From NCBI GenBank assembly GCA_964016885.1, contig OZ024754.1, positions 14,446,001 through 14,510,000 on the forward strand: 64,000 nucleotides of DNA, in the 5' to 3' direction. This document shows, piece after piece, positions 56,719-64,000 of the stretch (the first letter of the stretch is position 1; each line of letters begins with the position of its first letter). Both the position numbers and the translations under genes were made by a program. A model generated the notes under the pieces. The model was not told where the DNA came from and ran no database searches. It was given only the letters and a program-made list of their open reading frames with translations. Source of the DNA: Eledone cirrhosa (taxonomy: Eukaryota).

Positions 56719-57427
56719 TGTTTTGGTTGTAAAGTCGCGTGGCTTAGTGCTTAAAGTGTTTGGCTGATGATCATGAGTTCGATTATTACACTGGTCACCC
56801 AGTTGTGTCTTGTAACAAGACGTTTTATTCTATATATGGAGCATTCTGTAGTTGTTCTCAGCTCTTTGCATTTGATCTCTATTGGCTAACTTCTTCTGGT
56901 GGTGGTGGCGGTGGCGGTGATGGTGATAACGTTTAATGGAGTTGGACAAATATCGGTCCCTCATTGATAAGTGCCCATTCGGTGTATGTGAGTAAGAGAG
57001 GGAGGAGGGGGGGGGGGGGCTTTGTCCGGTGCGTAAGTGGGTGAGTGGTGGGGGCGTTGTCTGGTGCATGGCAGCCCAGGCGCAGGCAGCCTCGAGGTCC
57101 CAGCAGACAGAATGAAGCAAAAGCAGGTTTTACTTTTGCGGGGGACCAAAACTGTCAAGATAGTAGTGATTAGGGAGAGAGGTGGTCCGGAGAGGTAAGA
57201 ACGCTGGAGGTCTACACTACTACAAACCTATCGGGGGGGGGGGGGGGGGGGAGACAGCTGATACTTCAACAATTTGCGTTATTCGGCTTAACGGGCTCCA
57301 AAACCTGGTTCAGCCCCTGCATGCAACAGGTTAGGGTCAGGTTTAAGTTTAGCATGTGTTTTAAGGGAGATTACATTGTTATTTCTAGAGAGTAACCTTA
57401 AAATCTTCAGCACTCAATGTTTATATA

Positions 57428-57640
57428 ATGGTTTCTGATTTAGACAGAAGGACAACGATTTTCGGGAGGGGGATTTGATTAAATCGACCCTAGTGTATTA
57501 CTGGTGCTTTATTTTATCGACCCAGTAAGGATGAAAGGCAAAGTTAACCTCGGCAAGATTTGAAATCAAAACGTAAAGGGCCGTAACTCTACTGCAAAGT
57601 ATGTTGTCCGACGCTCTACCTATTACTGCAAACCCATCGT
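57428..57640 (-). mobile_element. SINE family A
   Basis: Central domain and 3' tail match the other copies. Confidence 0.75.
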
Positions 57641-57731
57641 TCTCAGTATTTACATAATGTTAATAATTACTGCTCCCTGTGTAAGATTAATAAAGCAAAT
57701 CTGAATTCATTGTTCTCCCACGTTATGCATA

Positions 57732-57906
57732 TTGTTGTTGTTGTTGTTGTTGTTGTAGCTGCTGCTGCTGTTGCTGTTGTTGTAGCTGCTGCTGTTGCTG
57801 TTGCTGCTGCTGCTGTTGTAGCGGTTGCTGCTGCTGTTGTTGCTGCTGCTGTTGTTACTGTTGCTGCTGCTGCTGTTTCTGTTATTGCTGCTGCTGCTGC
57901 TGTAGC

Positions 57907-57958
<52 letters not shown>

Positions 57959-58060
57959 ACTGCTGCTGTTGTTTCTGTTGTTGCTGTTGCTGCTGCTGCT
58001 GCTGCTGTTACTGCTGCTGTAGTTGCTGCTGCTGTTACTGCTGCTGCTATTGCTGTTGTC

Positions 58061-58100
<40 letters not shown>

Positions 58101-58153
58101 TTGTTGCTGTTGCTGTTTCTGTTGCTGTTTCTGCTGCTGCTGCTGTTGTTGTT

Positions 58154-58192
<39 letters not shown>
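57732..58192. repeat. (GCT/GTT)n trinucleotide repeat
   Basis: Direct inspection. Confidence 0.92.
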
Positions 58193-58828
58193 ATGTAGTA
58201 ACCACAGGTAAGTGACACAAATATAATGAAAGGTGATCCAGTAAATTTGACATTAATCCATAACAATTACTGGATAATGAGACATTACAGCTGCCTTGAA
58301 GATTCCTAAGTGTGCGTGTTGGTGTGTGTGTATGTGTGTGTGTGTTTATGTATGTGTGTATGTGTGTATGTGTTTATGTATGTGTGTGTGTTGGTGTGTG
58401 TGTGTGTGTGTATGTGTGCATCTATGTGTGCGTGTTGGTGTGAGCGTTTCTGTGTGTATGTGCGTGTTTGCGTGAGTGTGTGTGTGTGTTCATGTATGTG
58501 TGCATGTATATGTGTATGTATGTGTATGTATGTGTCCATGTATGTGTGGCTGTTTGCGTGTTTGAGCGCATGTATGTGTGCGTGTATGTGAATGTGTTTG
58601 TGTGTGTTTGTGTGCGTATATGTGTGCGTTCCCTTAAGTTGCATGTATCTGGATGGATGGAGGGGGGGGGGCATAGTAAGGCGTAATGTTAACGTTTTAT
58701 CGAGTTTAGATGAATATTATAACAACAATAACAACAACAATAAAAACAACAACATCAACAACAACAGCAACAACAACAACATCAACACCAACAACAGCAA
58801 CAACACCACCACCACCACCACCACCACC

Positions 58829-58875
<47 letters not shown>

Positions 58876-59304
58876 GAATAACATCAACAACAACAAAATA
58901 ACAGACTATACCGCCATAACAAAGAAAATAACTGAACGACAACAGGACATGAGGGAAGATTATCTAAAGAAGGAATGGTTAGAGCGCCGCCAAGATGGCG
59001 ACATGAGTCTTTTAAAGGTGAAATATTCTCGCCATCCCAACCATTGTTTATAGTATCATCCTTAGTTTCCCTTCTCTTCCCCCACATCTCAACTGTAATC
59101 AGTAATATCACTTCATTGTACACCACCAACAACAACTACTACAACACCCCTTTACCACCACCACCACCACCACCACCACCACCACAAACAACAACAACAA
59201 CACCCCTCCAGCATGACCACTAATACCACCTTCACCACCTTTACCACCACCACAACCAACAGCTACTACTACAACACCCCTCCACGATGACCACTAATAC
59301 CACC

Positions 59305-59336
<32 letters not shown>

Positions 59337-59930
59337 CAACAGCAGCAACAGCAACAACAACACAACACACCTCCAGCATGAACACAAACTTTAATCTCTA
59401 CATCTAATAAACATTTGCTCTACGGGTTTTTTTTAAATATATATAATCGTTATCAAGCCCCCTTCGGATTTTAGTATTCTCATTTACTATTACTATATAT
59501 ATATATAGATAGATATTTGCAACAACGCAGCACGCCATTTTTCATTCCTATATTTGTTTCCCCTCGCTGTGACCTGTCTTTTTCTATCACCTTACTGCTA
59601 TCTTCTTTCTCTCTCCCCCTTCTCTCTCCTTGTACCTCTTATTTTCATTCACCCCCTCTGCTGGTCACTCTCTCTCGGCTGGCCACTTCCTCACACTTTC
59701 ACTCACTCACTCTCTGCTACTCCCCCTCTCTCACTTCCTCCCGTCTGACCTGTGTGATATCCTTTTCTCGCTCACATTTCGCAGGGTTGGGACGCATCCT
59801 TCTTCTCGTCAATGATTTGCTAGAACTTAAGTTCACATGTATCACTGACTTGTTTTCTCATTTTCCTCTCTTTACGTTGCCTTACCAATTTGTTTGTTTA
59901 CATGTCTCTCTTTCTCCACCCAATTCTTTT

Positions 59931-60035
59931 TATCCCAATAACTTATTTTAGTTATTGCTCGCACTGACTTTGAGGTATCTGGTCTTTAATGCGAAGAAAT
60001 ACCGATGATAGTCAGAAGATCACTGATGACGGATA
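59931..60035 (+). ncRNA. Unclassified conserved structured RNA with covarying helices
   Basis: Compensatory changes relative to copies at 29057-29160 (+), ~28697-28800 (-) and ~55580-55683 (-). Confidence 0.6.
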
Positions 60036-60510
60036 GTCCTGGTTTCTTGCTCTATTTTTCAATTCATATGTATCACATTCGCAACAACGCAGCACGCCAT
60101 TTTTCAATCATTTATATATATATATATATAGTACAATATGTAGAAAGGGTAACACACTAGAGAGAGAGAGTGCGTGTACGATTAATAAAACAGGGAAACC
60201 ACGAGTGCATGGAATCTATAACCTATGGAAGGCAGGGTAGACACACAATAATTAAAAATATAAATTAAAATACGCATACACACCTCTATAACTATATAGC
60301 ACACACGTACAAATCCAAAGAGATCTGTTTCGCCAGGAAGTTGCTGACTGAAATGGAAGCGCCTATGGTTCATCAGAGTGTCTCTCCCTCTAGTGTGTTA
60401 CCCTTTCTACATATTGTACTTTAAAGAGCTCAGGATTCCTTTTCCTTTGACCACATAATTTACAGGGAATAACGAGAGTCTATGGCTCCGTTAATTTATC
60501 TTGATGCATA

Positions 60511-60560
<50 letters not shown>

Positions 60561-60786
60561 GTCGATCGACAAGATCCCAAACCTTGTCAAATCGGACCGA
60601 GGAAACAATGTTTCCATTGGTTTTCGAATTGCTAATAATCTCTACCGGTCGCAAATACAGGCAGAAGGAGCAACGTGAAATGCAGTGTCTTGCTCAAGGA
60701 CATAAACCATCGCCAGAAATCGAACTCACAGTCTCAAGATACCTAATTCAATTCTCTTACCAGTCAGCCACATGTGTGTGTACATA

Positions 60787-60864
<78 letters not shown>

Positions 60865-61229
60865 AGGAAGGAATTGTGGTAAGGAACCAGATAGACCATA
60901 ACGCACCAAAGTACTCAATACTTAGTGTAGTAGAGTGAGTAATAGGAAAAAGTATGACCCCGACGGCAGAGCTCAAGCCGTTTCGACGGCTATTCCTGTC
61001 GAAACGGCTTGAGCTCTGGCGTCGGGGTCATACTTTTTCCTATATATATATACATAAGAAGACATACACAGGAAACAGTGTCAATTAGATAATATTAGCT
61101 AAGTGATATGGGTGTGAAGTAACTAGGAAGATTTTGACAAAATGACAACCATGTATTAAATGGTGACTACAAGTAAATATAGTCTGTAAAGAAGGAGAGT
61201 GTGACGTATTGATACAGTCACGTGCAGAT

Positions 61230-61579
61230 ACATTGTCACTTACGCACACACACACGCACGCACACACATATACACTCTGTCACTTACACACACACACGCA
61301 CACACACACATACACACACACATACATATACATAGACACACATATATATATACACACACACACACACGTACATATACACTCTGTCACTTACACACTCACA
61401 CACGCACATACATATATACACTCTGTTAGTTACACGCACACACACATATATACACTCTGTCAGTTACACACACACACACGTACATATACACTCTGTCACT
61501 TAAACACACACACACACACACACATGTACATATACACTCTGTTACTTACACACACACGTACATATACACTCGGTCACTT

Positions 61580-61611
<32 letters not shown>

Positions 61612-62185
61612 TCTGTCACTTACACACTCACACACATACATATACACTCTGTCACTTACACACTCACACACACACATATACACTCTGTCACTTACACACT
61701 CACACACTCGTGTACACAAGTATACACAGACACACTCACAAACACACACAGACACACTCACACACTTACTCGTGTACACAAACACACACAGACACACTCA
61801 CACACTCACTCGTGTACACAAGTACACACAGACACACTCACACACTTACTCGTGTACACAAGTACACACAGACACACTTACACACTTGCTCGTGTACACA
61901 AGTACACACAGACACACTCACGCACTTGCTCGTGTACACAAGTACACACAGACACAGTTACTCACTTGCTCGTGTACACAAGTACACACAGACACACTCA
62001 CACACTTACTCGTGTACACAAGTACACACAGACACACTTACTCACTTACTCGTGTACACAAGTACACACATACACACTCACACACTTACTCGTGTACACA
62101 AGTACACACAGACACACTCACGCACTTGCTCGTGTACACAAGTACACACACAGACACACTTACTCGTGTACACGAATACACAGAC
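61230..62185. repeat. CA-derived minisatellites (~32-bp unit, then 40-bp CGTGTACACAAGTACACACAGACACACTCACACACTTACT)
   Basis: Direct tandem repeats. Confidence 0.9.
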
Positions 62186-62220
62186 GCAAATCTCAATATA
62201 ATTACAAAGAAATATGAGGA

Positions 62221-62428
62221 GTCGATCGACTTTCGTCAAATCGGACCAAGGAAACAATGTTTCCGTTGGTCTTTCCAATTGCTAATACTATCTATCGGTC
62301 GCAACTCCAGGTAGAAGGAGCAACGTGAAATAAAGTGTCTTGCTGAAGGACATAACGCATCAACCGGCCCTGGAATCGAACTCACAATGTCACGATTGTG
62401 AATCCCATTCGCTAGCCACGCGCCTTCA
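62221..62428 (-). mobile_element. SINE family B
   Basis: Highly similar to 36702-36910. Confidence 0.8.
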
Positions 62429-62736
62429 CTAAAGACATTTAAATACAAAGAAATGATATCTTATATAAAAATAAATATGCATGCCCTCCCACATTCTACT
62501 AACGCATGGAGTACGGGTACCGGATGTATATCGGAAGGTGACCACAGGTAAGGTACTAAATACGTTAGTAGAGTACCTTAACTTTTGGTTTTGCTTGATT
62601 AAGAAGTCAGGTGAGCAGATCGAGCTGGAGTCTGGTCTATAGCATTTGCATAGATCCTCAGCCAACCATCTGTGAAACGGTCGTAACTTAGTAAAATCAA
62701 TAAAGGCCTCAATGTGAAACCTCGCTTTGTTTTCAC

Positions 62737-62829
<93 letters not shown>

Positions 62830-63056
62830 TTACATTCATTTGATTTATTGATTTATTGATTTTTTATCTGAGTGTCCCGAATCTTCCAGATCGCAATTTT
62901 TCGGTTGTATGGTTGATTATAGACTTGTTCTATGTGTGACGGTATTTTAACGATAGTTATAGCTCTGATTTATCTAAATTATTGAGCCCTCTGCCGCTCA
63001 TATCGAATTTTGTTTATCGTGAACTCGTGCGCCGATTTTTCGATACTCGATTATTC

Positions 63057-63107
<51 letters not shown>

Positions 63108-63260
63108 TACACAGGTGTGTATGATTGTGTATAGAAGATTATATTAATAAAAGGAATTCCAACTTTGTCTGATTTACTCGTTTTATTTACAATCCTTTAA
63201 AATTTATAATGGTATTAGAATGAAATAGTATGGTAGAATAGTAAATGTTAAGTGTTAATT

Positions 63261-63297
63261 GAACAAGTACTTTCATGCTTTCGCAATCTTCAGGTTC
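63261..63297 (-). ncRNA. Minimal type I hammerhead ribozyme
   Basis: Identical to 37912-37948, within a ~235-bp repeat (63103-63337 vs 37754-37987). Confidence 0.8.
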
Positions 63298-64000
63298 ATA
63301 ATGTGTGGTGACAGTCAAGTTTGCAATTTTCAACTGCACAGTTGAAATTGCGTACCGTTGGACGGTTCAAGCAAGCTTTCGATGTAGCTCATTAAACTAA
63401 ACAAAGTAAATTTGAATACATAGAAGAAAAACGTACTTTATGTAAACATGAAAACCTTAGGCTCTATTCCAGCAAAATAATTAATATGTGAGCTCGGTGT
63501 CTTTTTTGACAACAGTAAAAGCGCATCATGAAATAGAGAAGTGAAGTGAATAATAGACACTATTATATACAAGGCATAATATTGTAAAAGTTATGACATC
63601 ACTTAATGTATGGACATCAAGCTTGAAACGATAAATTATACAATGTCAAATCTATAACTTAACTTAGTAATCTGTTAGAAATTGCTGGTTGTTAAATATA
63701 CAAAATGATATTGTTAGTCTCGAGGAAGCGTACCTTTCTGTTTCAAGTACAAAGAGTAAATTAAAATCCGAATGAGCCGAATTACGAAAGATAACTCTTG
63801 TCTTACTTAATCACGAAAATTCACACAAATAACCGAAACTTTTTTAATGTCTCCAAAGGCCCCAATTTCTATTTTTGAAAACCTTTGTAGATCATGTACA
63901 GGTTTTGTGCAAGGAGAAGCTATGTAAAAAATTTCAAAGAATGAATGGTTTAGAATGTATGAGCCCTCATTAAAAAGTGTCCACACACACATACACACAC

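Noticed and set aside
56830-57230. GC-richer stretch with short ORFs
   Set aside because: Cannot be assigned to a gene or TE from the sequence alone.
57667-58266. Poly-Ala/Thr antifreeze- or mucin-like ORF
   Set aside because: A trinucleotide repeat with no supporting unique coding flanks or splice signals.
58983-59000. YY1-like motif CAAGATGGCG
   Set aside because: A single short match with no CpG-island or promoter context.
59964-60015. SECIS element (UGA..AA..GA)
   Set aside because: The UGA/GA quartet appears in this copy only (others have cgga/tatg or aatg), and no selenoprotein ORF is upstream.

Overview
AT-rich, microsatellite-saturated eukaryotic intronic or intergenic DNA. The SINE types, (TA)n/(CA)n density and TTAGGG repeat suggest an invertebrate, probably an octopus-like cephalopod (inference). 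No intact host gene is evident, and almost all listed ORFs are microsatellite artefacts. Recognisable protein remnants are a Penelope-like (PLE) C-terminal GIY-YIG endonuclease (45290-46272, -), two RTE-clade LINE pieces (one with a clean twin-priming inversion) and a tentative L1/Tx1-like 3' end. The main signal is non-coding. The short islands between (TA)n tracts are 3' ends of many distinct PLE-like families, and together they carry about 30 type I hammerhead ribozyme (HHR) motifs, intact or degenerate. They are often arranged as head-to-head palindromes, once as a 482-nt partial tandem with two HHRs, and many share an ACTC...TTGAGT hairpin motif near the 3' end. One family instead ends in a roughly 105-nt multi-helix RNA with compensatory base changes and two possible pseudoknots, which I cannot assign to a known class. 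Also present: tRNA-derived SINEs, a ~610-bp (CATA)n-associated element, Helitron-like and Tc1/mariner-like non-autonomous elements, an interstitial telomeric array and several minisatellites. All folding and alignment was done by eye, and some boundaries are approximate.
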